The notes under the pieces: generated by a model
What the model was told of the DNA's origin: nothing
Database searches by the model: none
Seen by the model: the letters and a program-made list of their open reading frames with translations, nothing else
From: Rhynchobatus australiae
Taxonomy: Eukaryota
DNA: 64,000 nt
Direction of reading: 5' to 3'
NCBI GenBank assembly: GCA_034780895.1
Contig: JAUZTB010000064.1
Span: 60,746,570 to 60,810,569, forward strand
Part shown: positions 1 through 13,432 of the stretch, in pieces
Layout: the number at the start of each line of letters is the position of its first letter
Position numbering within the stretch: position 1 is the stretch's first letter
Translations under genes and position numbers: made by a program

Positions 1-879
1 ATTAAGGCAACATAACATGTAGAAAAACAGAAAAAAACTGCAGATACTTGAACTCTGAAATAAAAACAATTTGCTGATCGTGCTCAGCTGGTCGTGCAAC
101 ATCTCTGTGGAGAAACAATTAAAATTTCAAATTAATGAAAAGCTAGAAGAAAAGAGGTAGAGAAAAAAAAAGATGGGGTGGAGACCAAGAAAGACTAAAT
201 GCTGCAAACATTGGTGGTGCTGGGTGAGAGAGGGTGAAGACTAGTTAATTGCTTGTTGACTGGGGAGGATGTAAATATAAACATGGATGAGGAGAAGAGA
301 GGAAAATGAAACATTGTTAGAATCATAGGATATCTGAAATAAGAGATTGTTGGAAACGCCTAGTGGGTCAGGATACATCTGTGGAGTGAAGAAAAACTGA
401 GTTAATATTGTAGGTTGTTGGACTTGCCAATTCTGACGCAAACTGGAAAAGGCTGGTTATCTAAAATCTGCTTGGCACTACCCTGCCAAGTACTGATTCA
501 TACTGAAGGAGGAAAAGAGATGGCCCTTGCTTGAGTGGAAAGCCCTTAAGTAGCAGACTTATGAAAACAAACCTGTAAGGGAAATGCAGCAATGTCATAC
601 CTGTTTTAGTGTTGCATGCTGCCAAAGGGCATCGATTAAGAAGCAAGGAACAGATTCTACCTCATAACAAGTTGGAGTGTGAGAGAGTACCACATCATGA
701 GCTAACTATCATGAAAAATCTGAATTCCAAGGTCAATAAGAGTAACGTAAATAACAGCAGGGAAGATATGCATGTGACATAATGAATTTTAAAAAATATT
801 TACTGATTTTTGCAATGTGAACAACCTAGTCATTGGCTGAACATTATTTCAACATTGTGAAATTCACAAGTTGACAAAG

Positions 880-1640
880 TGTTCTCCACGTGGCAATGGT
901 CAGAACCAGATTGACCATATGATCTTCAAAGACAAATTGAGATGCTGTCTGATGAATATTAAAGTGAGAAGGGGAGAAGATGTTGGCAGCAGCCACTATT
1001 TATGACATCCTCCATCAAGCTAAGACTGAGAAGTTCAATAAGTAGTGCAGCTAATAAAGCTGCTGCCTCACAGCTCCAGTAGCATTAGCCAGAATAGTGT
1101 AACAAGCCAAAGCACCCAGAACAGAGTCAACAAAGCCAGAAATGCATAAAGAACTTAAATATAATGTGAGAATCATCACAATCCAACACTTGCACCAAAC
1201 TGAAGATTTATCACAGCTGCATACTTTCAACATTACACTATAGTGCAAAATGCAGGGGACCTGAGAGTATGATATGTCCAAACTATCTTCAATTCATCCA
1301 ACCCACCTTGAAAAAATCTTCCATATATTTGGCCCAGAACCACCTCAGATTGAAATCATCTTGTAGTGCAGCCAGGAAGATATGATCACCATCAGTACCA
1401 TAGACATTGGAGATGGATTGGCTATGTGCATTGGATGGAAGCCTATTCCATCAATCGAAGCATGTATAAAATGGTTAAATGAAGGCAAGTGAAAATAAGG
1501 CTCCTCGAAAATAACATTGCCAAGAACTATATGGGACATTGCTGGGGGAACATTGAAAGATCTGCCAAAAACAGAGGGGAAGAATGCTATCATGGGCCTA
1601 AACACAAAAAGGCATAATGAGCAGTAAGTAACTGTGTTAC
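880..1640 (+). mobile_element. Degenerate RTE-clade LINE, 3' end of RT ORF
   Basis: Frameshifted remnants resembling RTE motifs, e.g. WRWIGYV (tggagatggattggctatgtg, ~1407) followed by EGK.K.G..K.T..RT-like sequence. Boundaries approximate. Confidence 0.5.
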
Positions 1641-1899
1641 ATTATAGAGGTAACTAGATTAAAACAAAAAACCCAGGCTGAAGATGCAAATCCAATTTAA
1701 ATTGATGATTCTTGTACTATTTCTGATTTGAAAACAAGACTGTTTAGATCTCTTCTCGCCATGAGGATTTCAAAAGTATGGAATGCCTTCTTCCCATCGT
1801 CTTGTTGTCCAACAAGGCTCAGTACATGGACCCTTGGCTATTGTCGCATATATTAATGATTTAGACTCAAAAGGAGGGACGTGATATAGAAATTTGCAT

Positions 1900-2540
1900 G
1901 TTGAAGCAATTAGCATGTGATACAAAAATTGAGAGTGTAGTTGACAGAGGAGGAAAGCTTTTGATATCAGGATAATGATAGTCCAGTTCGATTGAGCAGA
2001 AAAATAGCAAATGAAATTTAATCAGAGAAGTGTGGAGGAGCAGATTGACACTGGAGTGTATGTCCACAGATCTTTAAAGGTTGGAGTACAGGTTAATGAT
2101 TTGGTCAAAGGTCATATGGAATGCTTTCCTTTATGAACTGGAGCACAGAATATAAGATTTCTAAAATTATATGCAATATTTGTTAGGCCACAGTTTGGGT
2201 ATTGTGCTCAGCTCCAGTCGCCACATTATAAGAAGGATTGCACTGAATTGAGATTAACAAGGTTGGAAATTTTTAGCTTTCTGGTAAGATTAGATAGGCT
2301 GGAATTGTTTACTTTGGAACATTGGAGGCCAAGGAAAGACTTAACTGAGATGTATAAAAATTACCTGAGGCCTGGATAGGATAAATAAGAAGGACATATT
2401 TCCCTTAATTAACTGAAGAGTCTGAAACCAGGAGTCATAGATTTAAAGTATTGTGCAGAATGATTAGAGGAAAAATCAAATCACCTGGAGGGTAGTAGGA
2501 GTCTGTAACTCACTGCCTAAAACGGTGGTAGAGACAGTGG
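1900..2540 (+). mobile_element. Degenerate CR1 LINE 3' fragment
   Basis: CR1 RT-end motifs (gttaggccacagtttgggtattgtgctcag..., aggccaaggaaagacttaactgagatgtataaaa, gtctgtaactcactgcct). Confidence 0.7.
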
Positions 2541-4195
2541 TAGGGTTTTGGGAAAATTTGTGCCATATGAATTGCAAATTTGCTGAGTTTTCGTTGTATT
2601 CCCTGCTTAGCTGCGTCTAAAATATGGCCATTCACTTTGTTTCATTGGGTATCCTTTCATCCTTGATATGTCCAAAACAGCCCTGCCGAAATTTATTATG
2701 AAATTGGTGCATCCTTTAGATGAGAGAGTATAACATTTGTCAAAAGAATTCTGAAAGGCTATTCTTTAGGAGAAATTCAGCCAGTTTTGAATGAAGCTCA
2801 CATCATTTTTTCAGTAGTTTTGTGGCCCTGCATTAAATTGACTGGTGGGAGTTGGCAGTGTCATTGGTTTGCACTGAAATCAATCATTGTTATTATTTTG
2901 TTCATTTATTTAACCATGGCAATTTTTAAAATNNNNNNNNNNNNNNNNNNNNNNNNNNNNNNNNNNNNNNNNNNNNNNNNNNNNNNNNNNNNNNNNNNNN
3001 NNNNNNNNNNNNNNNNNNNNNNNNNNNNNNNNTGCGTAAATTTGTTTCGTTTTCCATTTTTCTTTGTAATCAAAATACATCGGAGAATTGCACATTATGT
3101 TGGCATTTTATTCACTTAACCCAAAAGTTTTAAAATAGTGAGCCTGATTTGAGAATAATCAGTTCATTAATTTTATTGATTGTAAAAGATTCTGTGAACT
3201 AATATTTAATTTATGATTAAATATAAAAGAAGAATTTTGCACCAGATAAAATTTGTTTGGACTAAAGTGAAAATGGTATCATTGCTCCTTGCAGTATGCC
3301 TTTAAGAATGTCAGTTGTGTTTCTGCCTGAAACAAAAAAACAGAACAGAATCTGAGAATACTCTGGCATTTCCACCGTTGTTTGCACTTTTCAAATAATA
3401 TTTGACAATTATCATTAATCTTCAGAAATTGCTTGATTCTAAATGTACTAAGGAAAAAGCTACAAAAGGAAATCCATATTCAAAGGATTCATAAATAATC
3501 ACAAGCTGTTAAGCTGTATTCAAAAATTAGGAAATGTATCCCATTTGTATTTATGTCTGTCATATTTTAAAACTCCTGAATCTCAGTACTGTTATCTTTT
3601 AAGCTGGGCATGTGGACAGGNNNNNNNNNNNGACTGCTTTATGACTCCTGTCAGTATTATGAGATGGCTAAGTCTTGGTCAAGGCAGGATTATTTTTTTA
3701 TTATTGTGCTGAAATGTGGACTTAAGTTAGGTTTTCAGTTGATCACCGTTGTTATTTAAATATTCTTCTGGTTTTATTTACAGTATTTGCCAGCAGTTTA
3801 TTAGCTTTTTTTTTGAGTTATACCTTTATTGTGCTGCTATTTTCCAACAAAACAGTCCAAGTTTTAGGAAAGCATCGTTGCCCAATGTAAGCCTCTTTTA
3901 GTTTTAGTATATCTTTTGATACTTTAACAAAATGTTTTCTTGAATGGTGTATGTTGTACAGTATCACAAAGGGAGGGAAAAATTGTTCTTTAGAGTTGAA
4001 ATATTGAAGAAAAAATACTTTCAGGAACATATTGTTTTCCAGTGCAATAATAAAATATATTGTAACAATGCTTTGGGAATGTAACAAGGCATCAGTGGAA
4101 ATTTAAATGAACCATCATGTGAAATAAATAGAATGTAGATTTCTGCCTACTTAATTTAGTACCTTTACATTGTGCACCCTCTGTTTCATTTTCAG

Positions 4196-4403
4196 TCAAG
4201 ATGAGGGAGATCAGGAAGGATATACTGAGATCCAAATCTTACAACCACCATCACCCTTCCTCTCTGCTATCTTGGCTGCTTTCCAACCAGTGGCTTATGA
4301 GGATGAGGAGGAAGCCTGGCGTNNNNNNNNNNNNCAAATGCTGTCCGATACAGATGGATCCTGTGCTGTCCATACATTTCATGTGTTTTCTAGATTGTTT
4401 CAG
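4196..4403 (+). CDS. FRYL: FRYL (furry-like) internal exon; the gene is 5'-partial in this window
   Basis: ttcag acceptor and cag|gtcagt donor. Encodes QDEGDQEGY...PSPFLSAILAAFQPVAYEDEEEAWR[4 aa N]QMLSDTDGSCAVHTFHVFSRLFQ, typical of the FRYL C-terminus. Confidence 0.93.
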
Positions 4404-5299
4404 GTCAGTAGTCTATCAACTGATGATATGGCTTGTTTTTGGAGGATATAATAGATATTATCAATTCAGGAAATATGATCAATGTGATATCCATAGTATT
4501 TGCTTTACTCAATATTAAGGTTATTGAAACAGAATTCAAGTCAGTGGAAAGACTCTAACTGAGAACCCTGTAAGTTGCTCTTCATTAATGGTTGGATATT
4601 ATTTGTATAGAAACAGACTTAGCTTTCCTGAAACCAATTCAACAGGTTTGTTTCAAGATATCAGAATCTCTTGAGCAAAAATACAAGTTAAAAATTAAGG
4701 TCAAATATGCTTTCAAAATACATGCAAGATCTCTCCTTTAAACATTGTTTTGAAATATTTACAAATAGTGCGTTCTGCAGGGATTAGATGATTAGGAAAA
4801 TTCATTATTTATCCATTCTCTTCGGCAAAACTACATTTGTTCTAATTTATTCATGCCTGGAGTGTGTTAAAGGAGAAAACATGGGCATCTGGCTGTATCG
4901 GTGCCATCATAGGAACAAAAGTGCTCATAAGTTCCACTTGCTTGTTGGAGATTAAGGTGGAAAGTGGGAGATTTAAGGAGATGATAGTACCGGAGNNNNN
5001 NNNNNNNNNNNNNNNNNNNNNNNNNNNNNNNNNNNNNNNNNNNNNNNNNNNNNNNNNNNNNNNNNNNNNNNNNNNNNNNNNNNNNNNNNNNNNNNNNNNN
5101 NNNNNGATGTTATGATAGTTGTGTTCATTTTGGTGTACTCTACAACTATATTAATGTTGATTTGGAGCCAAAACTGATTTGTGCCTGTGCTAAACATTCA
5201 TGATGTACATAAACATTGCTGATGTAAAAGTTTATTTCAAAATGTGTGATAGAAATGGTGTCAAAAGGGAAGTTGACAATTGATTGCTTGTTTCTGCAG

Positions 5300-5449
5300 A
5301 ACATTCAGAAAAAATTCTGTGCCATAACTCATGATTCAGTCAGTCATTTGGGAGACAGCCTGCAGAGGATTGGGTCAAAATTCAAGAGTTCTTTGGAAGT
5401 AATGATGATGTGTTCAGATTGCCCTACTGTCTTTGTGGATGCTGAAACT
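5300..5449 (+). CDS. FRYL: FRYL exon
   Basis: ctgcag acceptor, act|gtaagt donor, 150 nt phase 0. NIQKKFCAITHDSVSHLGDSLQRIGSKFKSSLEVMMMCSDCPTVFVDAET. Confidence 0.95.
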
Positions 5450-7345
5450 GTAAGTTTTCCCTCTATAAAACAATTGTTTGAAATTGATATAAACTAATTT
5501 ACATGATGTTTCACATTTACTCAGAAGGCTTTCTTCAAGTATGGGTGTATATTTCTTAAAGGTGACGTTCAGGGATAACTAGTCAATTATATTTTTGAGC
5601 CTTCCAGTTATTCACAATTTCTGTTCAAAAGTAAACAAGTTTACTATTCAAATGCAAAATATTGAAATAATTCATAAAATGCCAAAATACTCAGCGGGTC
5701 AGCTATCTTCTGTGAAGAGAGAAATAGAGTTGCTTGATTTTTGAAAACTGTATTGAAAGGACCAAATAATATGGGATCAGTACAGAAAGGTGATACTAAG
5801 AGAAAAGATCAGTCACAAACTTAATGGTGGAGCAGGTGCAAGGAGACAAATGGCCTACTTCTGCTTCTATTTCTTGTGTTCTAAAATCTTGGATAGATAT
5901 CCTTTCATCAAAACTGGGAAATCTGGAGGTAAAACAATTTTTAAGTTGCAGGGAAAGAGGGGGGTTGGAGGGGATGTAGAGAGAACAGAAGGAAAAGTCT
6001 GTGATACAGTGGAGCAGAAGTGATTGAATGACAGAATTGGTGATGGAACCAGCTGGAAGAAAGTGGTAAGTTACTAGCTTTTATCTCTAACTTTTCCCAG
6101 TTCTGAAACATTAACTCTGTTTCTCTGTCCATTGATAGTGCTTTACTTGCTCGGTATTTCCTGTTTTATTTTAAATTTATGTTACCTTGTTTCATTCTTT
6201 CACAGTTGAAAGACTTACCTTAGGCTCGATCCAAGAAAGACAAAGAATTATAAAGATAACAATTCCATTAGAGAGTTAAATACAGCAGTTCCACCCATAT
6301 TTATCAGTAAATAAAACATTGGTTATTTGTAGGAAGATAGCAATAATAACAAGAAAAATTGCAATAATGTACCATGTATTTTAATAAAAATGGCAATAAC
6401 TGTGTCCAATATAGTATTAAATTTGTCCACAATAGGTAATAGCAATGGTTGATTTGTTGAACCTCTCCGGGTTGGTTACTGTCCTGTCTTTTGGGCCCAA
6501 CTAATTAAATCATCGTCTTCCTTTCAACTGCAGTAACAAGCAAACTCAAAACGAGTGGCCTATTTGCCTCCATCCTCCTCCAGACTGACCCCAGTAACGT
6601 CCACCTGCATTCCAGTTAATGTGACTACAGTGCTGAACTTTGTAATACTATCATCTCCCTTGGATACAATGGTTATACCTTGCATTTCCTATGGACAATT
6701 TTTGGACCAATTTTAGGTGTACGCAATCCATCTTTGAAGTTACCTGTACAATTACAAAAAAAGTGTTTTCTNNNNNNNNNNNNNNNNNTCCTAATCATAT
6801 TAACTTCCACTGCCCCCCCCCCCAAGGGTAATTGAATAACCCATTGTCACGGCAAGGGCAATTTAACAGCTTATTGCTGTGAATGTTTGGTTATTGTTGC
6901 ATAAAAGGTGGGGTTTATGGGGCTGATGCCCAGAGCTTCAAGCATTTTGATATTTCAGTTATTTGATGATTGGGTAATGGTTATACTACTGTTATGATAT
7001 TAGCATATGCAAGAAGCCAGAACACTGCCTGAGACTGAGTGAGGACACATTTGCCATTACTCTCACCCAGTGGAAAACCCACCAGTGACATGACCACAGG
7101 CATCTGACTTCTCAGAAGCCCATTTTCAGTGAAACTACAAGAACTAACCTCAAGTGTCTACCCAAGAACAATGTCACACTCTTGTGGCAAGTATTCCTTC
7201 CTAACCCTGCTAGAGTTTAGGGCACTATTCCGTTGATGGGAGGATAATCTGAATCCACTTCACTACAACACCAATCTGGTAATTGGAGATATTCAAGTGC
7301 TAATTTGCACCCTGTTTTTCCTCCCCTCCTCTGGATGCAAACTAA

Positions 7346-7627
<282 letters not shown>

Positions 7628-9779
7628 TGATAAAGTATTTAACAAAGTTTAAAAAAACTTCAGTTTAATCAAGTTTCTTTTTCTTCTGCTAAACAGTTCG
7701 TGCCAGTAGAATTGTGGAATTCAGCAGATTTTTAACATTGTGAAATGTCCCACTCTCTTTAAAACACCAAATATTGGAATTACAATAAAAACTACTTTTA
7801 ACTTTTATTAAATCTTCCACAGAAGAAAGCATGATTTTTATTTATACATTTTACACTGCCTAATTCATGTAAAAGCACATAATCTGTTCCTTTAGGTGAT
7901 ATGGAATAAACTTAAACTTGGTTTATTCTATACGTATACGACAGATTGGATTGTCAGTTATTTTTGGGTTTAGCTTCTATTCAGAACACCTGCTGCTGTT
8001 TGGGTTGTTGTCGGTGATTTTCTAGTGAGTTGATTATAAAAAAAATAGTATATTGCTTTCACTGACATAAATTATGTAATGATGTATTATTGTGATACTG
8101 ACAAACTGGAAGATGTCCTTTACATTATCTACTGGTTACATGGTATGAATTGCAATAAATACTTCATAATTAGCAATCAATATTTTTTTGACCAGCTGGG
8201 ATGGTTAAAGCTTTTTTCTGGCAAAACTATACGCACATCCTGGCTTGAGGTTGGTGAGATCAGTAAGTCCAAACGAGCAGCCCAAAACTCCCTTGGATGT
8301 TTACTTGCAATAATTTATGCAATTTTGATTTACACACTTGCTGAAGATTAGGTAGGTTCTGAGAAGGTGTAAAAGTATATAAGGTATAGTTTTGCCAGAA
8401 AAAGCTTTAACCATAAACATTACATAGTTTATGTATTGCAATTCATACTATGTAACCAGAATGTAAAGGACATCTTCCAGTTTGTCAGTATCACAATTTT
8501 ATAGTTTATGTAGATTATATATCATTATATAGTCTATGTCAGTGAAAGCAAGATACTTTTTTATAGTCAACTTACTAGAAAATCACCGTCAAAAGTACAT
8601 GAAGTGAACTCTGGAAGTCGTCCACTATGATGAAGACTCCCTAATTGGTTTTGTAGTTGAAGCATAGCACGTTTAGAGGGCATTGAATTACAATGTTTGA
8701 ATGGTGAAAGATTAGGATTCAATCCAGTTAGATGCATTATTTGACATGGGTAAGGGTGGTAGAATTAGAGGTCATTTCTGGATAATGTTTATATTGGCTG
8801 TTTGGTGATGTGCCAAAATATTTCTTCTTAGTGAGTCATTACCAACAGAGATAAGCTGCCAAGATGTGATAGGAAGTTGTCACTATGTGTTAAAGGAGAA
8901 CTTGACAGATTTGAGCAAATTGATAGCTACAGTATTGGGAGTGAATCATGAAGGACAAAAAAAGAGAACTGCAAAGTGCTCTGCAATCAATCTGGCATTA
9001 CCAAAACAAATGAACCCTTGTTTTCCATGCCTCAAATGTCTAAATTTCTCCCCAAAGTTTCTACGGCGTCAGTCTCAACTGTTTCCTTTGAAAGTCCAGC
9101 CCAGGTATTCATCCCTCTGCACAAGATCGGTTTATCAAAGCTGAGTGCAGAATCGCTTTTTTTAATTTTCTCCCTAAGTAATCAAAGTTCAGTTTATTCC
9201 TTTAACAATCTTGAATTACATCTTCTTAGTTTATCATCTGAATCTCCAGGTTATCAGCTTCTTCAGTTCAAATGGATTCAGAAGGATATTAACTTAGATG
9301 CCCTTTTTTACATTGCTTCCAAATTTGAATACTCTTGTTTCAGTGTACTGAGCGGATTTCTATGTAGCATTCTGGCTATGGCTGTCGCCTCCTGGTTTCT
9401 TTTATTTCTCTGTCTATTTACGCTTAAATCCACTAAATCTTTGTTACTGATACTGCATTACAGTGTTGTTGATTTCTGGAATTTATCCATTGATTCTGCT
9501 AGACCCTGTCCTGCATTATATTCAGTGGCAAAGAGGCAGTAACTTCATATTATTGCTGTTAAATTCCCTTCCCGGTCATATATTAACCACATGATATAGC
9601 ACTTTCCACTCCCCCACTCCTCCACCCTTCAAACCCATTTGATTCCTTTAAATAATCTTTCGTTTCCACAACACAAAATTTGCACCTATCCACCACTACC
9701 TTCATCATCACCTCTTGGGGTTGAGCATGACTTGCTTCCAGTACAAATTTGTGGGTTGTGAGGTGGCTGATGAGGGCAT

Positions 9780-10035
9780 TGTCAGACTCTGCCACATGTG
9801 GGCCAGGAGGTGTTTGATAGGGAGACTGTGCAGAGCTCTTCTTGGGCTTCCATATCCTCCCAACAAAGCGACGAGGTTCGTAGTGCCATGTCCTCCTTTT
9901 TGAAAAGGATTCCCATGATTCTTTATTTAGAGACTTTAAGAACATCTTTGAAGTATTTCCTCTGTCCCCTAGATAATTCCTTGTTGTGCAGAAGTCAGAG
10001 TAATCTGCCTATTTTAGAAGTTTGGTGTCAGGCAA
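9780..10035 (-). mobile_element. Degenerate RTE-like LINE 3' fragment
   Basis: Minus strand reads PDTKL...RGQRKYFKDVLK and SWES-like remnants typical of the RTE RT C-terminus. Confidence 0.5.
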
Positions 10036-10179
10036 ACAAACCCTTTATTGACTGAACCAATTTTCAGTTCCTCAGAAATCTTCCCTGCTTTTTTGTTTTT
10101 TTTTCTATCTTGTGAAATGGGTTTGAAAAAACTAATATGACTATGGGGATGTGAACATATTCACATAAGGGTTTGAGGA

Positions 10180-10570
10180 AGGATATATGTGTGATGGAGG
10201 AAGTGCAACAAAGCTTCACCAGGAGAGATGAGGTTTTCTGGCCACATGCTATTTTCAGTTTAGAAGGATGTTGACAGGGTAGAGGCGGAGTTGGTGTTTG
10301 CCCATTGCTGGAGTATCTAGAAACCAGAAGAAGGGGTCAACTATTTGAAACACGGATGAGAAGTGAATCTTTAGAATTCTCTACCTAAGAGGGCTGTGGA
10401 GGCTCGGTCACCGAGTATATTCAAGAAAGAGATTGACAGGTCTTTGGACATTAATGGAATTAAGGATGTAAGGTTGGTGCTGGAAAGTGGTGCTGAAGTA
10501 AAAGATCAGCCATGATTTTACTGAGTGGTAGAGCAGTGCAAGGGGCTGAATATCCTATGCCTCCTCTTCT
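10180..10570 (+). mobile_element. CR1 LINE 3' end
   Basis: gaatctttagaattctctacctaagagggctgtggaggct...gatcagccatgat...ggggctgaata..cct CR1 tail. Confidence 0.7.
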
Positions 10571-10719
10571 ATTTTATTTCTGGAGAAGATGGAAACAGAA
10601 GGAGATTAATGAAGGCAGAAGAGAGAGAAAGAAAAATAAAAGAAAAAAATACTGGAACAGAGAGGTGAAAGAAATACTGGAACAGAGAGGTTATAAAAAA
10701 GCACAGGAGATCCTGGGAA

Positions 10720-11410
10720 TCTGAAATGAATGCAGAGATGCTGAAAAAACTGAAGAAAGGAAACAATTTATATTATAGGTTGTTGATTTTTCTGATGTAA
10801 CTGGAAAGGCTAGTTATTTTTGAATTTATATTCATTAGTGAGGGCTTTAATAAGCCAAGTTGGAAGATGAGATACTATTCCATGAGCTTATGTCGGGCTT
10901 CACTGGAACAGGGTAAAAGGTCAAGCTAGGAGTGGAATGGAAGAACTGAAGTGACAGGCAACTGGAAGTCCAGGATCACCCTTGTGGATTGATCAAAGGT
11001 ATTTGGCAAAACAGTCACCCAATCTGCATTTGGTTTCTCCAGTTCAGAGGAAACTACACCATGAGCACTTAATGCAGTGCACCTAATATAGAATCACCTG
11101 GAAGGAGTGTTAGGAATGTGAGAAGAGGTAAAAGTGTGGGTGTTGCATTTTATTTTTGCAGTTGCATGGGAAGGACTGATGATACCTGACTCACTGAGTG
11201 TTTTAGCATTGTTTTTATTTTACTTTTCCAGCAGCTGCAATATTTTACTTCTATTGTGATTTGTATCTCTCATGTTGATTTCTTACCTAATCATTCTGAT
11301 GAAAGATCATTGACCGGAAACATGAATTCTCTTTCTCAATAGTTGCTGTCTGAACTGCTGAATATTTCCAGCACTTTTTGCTTTTAGTTCAGATTTCCAG
11401 CTTCTTAAGT
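10720..11410. mobile_element. Penelope-like element remnant with inverted termini and GIY-YIG trace
   Basis: Minus strand ~10990-11085 resembles the C..C..LY.GETK.RLGD.F GIY-YIG segment. Flanked by the gcagatgctgg/ccagcatctgc terminal module, with a hammerhead-like motif at 11292-11330. Confidence 0.55.
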
Positions 11411-12137
11411 TTTTACTTTTCCAACTCAGACATACTGTGTGTGTCCTTTACTTTAACAGTTGTGTAACCTATACTGCAAATGAGGTGGAACAATTTGATG
11501 CACCCTGCTTGAATAGACAGCTTTCAGTAAAGTGTTATGTAGCATATAAAGTATCCATACTGTAGGTAATTTGATTCATGTTCTTTGTTTTTGTTTTCAT
11601 TACAAGTGATAAGTTGTTCATAAAAGCGAAGTACAAATATTCAACAATGATGACAATTTCTACCATTCGGGTTCTGAAGAATTTCTTTTCACATTTTATC
11701 TGCAATAATATTAACACATTTGGGTCATTTGGAATATATAGATTAAGAATGATAATTGCAGAGAGACTCCATTATAAAGTCTGATAATTTTATTAGTTTG
11801 ATCATTGTGTACATTTACTACCTAGATGCATTGTTAACAGTTTCCTTAAAGAAAGTGAGATAGTTGCACAATTAAGCTGTATCGATAGTCATGAATGCCA
11901 CCTGCTTGTATCAAATTATATTAAATTCTTTTCTTCCCCGCTCCCATTTCTGTTTTTACAACAACATAATCAGCATTGTCACCTTTAAACATTTGACTGG
12001 TAGGGGATGGTGACATGAGGATCTGCTATATTTTACAAGCAAATTCTGTTGACTCATAAATTTACACTTTAATTAAATTGGGTCACAGAGGAAGCATAAT
12101 AAGATTTACTAATGGAACTTGGAATCGATTCACTAAT

Positions 12138-12690
12138 TAAACAGGCCCCTTACACTCAGGAGTATTCCATCATTCTTGCACAAGCCATCAAATATAATTG
12201 AATGATTTTGGTGGACTTCTTAAATTAATTGGATGAAAAATTGTCACTTTCAGTGACAGGCAAGAAAGACATTTTGAGCAGGCTGGTGGTAAGTACTATA
12301 GGTACATATCTTATACACAATATTGTTTTCTTGTGGACAAAGTTACCAGCTCTCCTTATCATGATGAACAAGTTATAAGAACTTTGCACAAAAATATTGT
12401 TAGGCCTTATTTTCAAAAGTATTAACTCATTTAAATTTATCAATCAGAATTTCATGAATCTGGGTACAGGAATAGATCTTCCACACATTGTTCTCGACAG
12501 GCAGCCAGAGTCTTCTAAACAATCCCCACACTCGTCTGAAGTATTCCATCCATTCTTGAACAAGCCATCAAATATAATTGATTGATTCTGGTGAACTTCT
12601 TAAAATGATTAGATGAGGAATTGTCTTCCTTGCCTGTTACTGAAAATGATATTTTTAGCAGAGCTTGGTGTTAAGGGATATGTACCTGGT
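12138..12690. repeat. Diverged local direct duplication (~170 bp x2: ~12138-12310 and ~12516-12690)
   Basis: Both copies share gtattccat..cattcttg.acaagccatcaaatataattga.tgatt.tggtg.acttcttaaa. Confidence 0.85.
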
Positions 12691-13363
12691 GTATATACAT
12701 AATAAACTATTGATACCTACCCAAAGCTACTGGGGTGGGCATCAGATAATTGGTGCTCTACATCTGTTTTTCCTCCCAGAAGAAATGCATCATTTGAATT
12801 TACAATTATGGTTCCTTTTGGAATTCTGTGGGTATACCTTAATTTTCGGTCGCTAGGAGGTGATGTCACACATATTTATATAGTAATTACAGAGTTACAA
12901 ACTCAGACACTGTCATCCATAGCCAAGTAATTTTAGAATGAATATTCCAGATGCTGAAATTCTGAAATAATACAGGAGGCCAGGCAGCATGTGTGGAGTG
13001 AGAAGCAGAATTTCAGGTTGATGACTCTTCACAACCACTTTCACTCAAATTCTGAGAAACAGGATCCTGGAAGACAGATCCGACAATGATGCTAATTGAA
13101 TCTGTTATTTGTAATATGGCAGCTGAAATACACTCAATTTACTTTGCTAAGTAGTCTTGATTGTTCAACAGGTAAGGAAGGATCAGTGACTGGGAAAGTG
13201 GTGGACTGGGGATTTGCTGTTTAAGTTGTGTGTTGGTTTTGCTGTATGAGAGAGTTCTTGGTCTGGTTATGCATGATTTATCTGCAAGTAACTACATATT
13301 TCAAGTTATCACTGACTGAATATATTTTGATTTGCTGAATTTTTTGAATATTTTTTAATACAG

Positions 13364-13432
13364 TGGTTGGAAAACTGTAAAAGGACTTTTGGTGCAGGGG
13401 ATAGTCTCCAAAGAACCAATAGAGGTGCACAG
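13364..13432 (+). CDS. FRYL: FRYL exon (69 nt, not in the ORF track)
   Basis: tacag acceptor, cag|gtgagt donor. WLENCKRTFGAGDSLQRTNRGAQ, matching the FRYL WL..CKRTFGA segment. Confidence 0.92.

Noticed and set aside
8976-9542. 188-aa ORF in a FRYL intron
   Set aside because: Non-ATG start, S/L/F-rich low-information sequence, no recognisable domain or splice context; probably chance or antisense to a decayed repeat.
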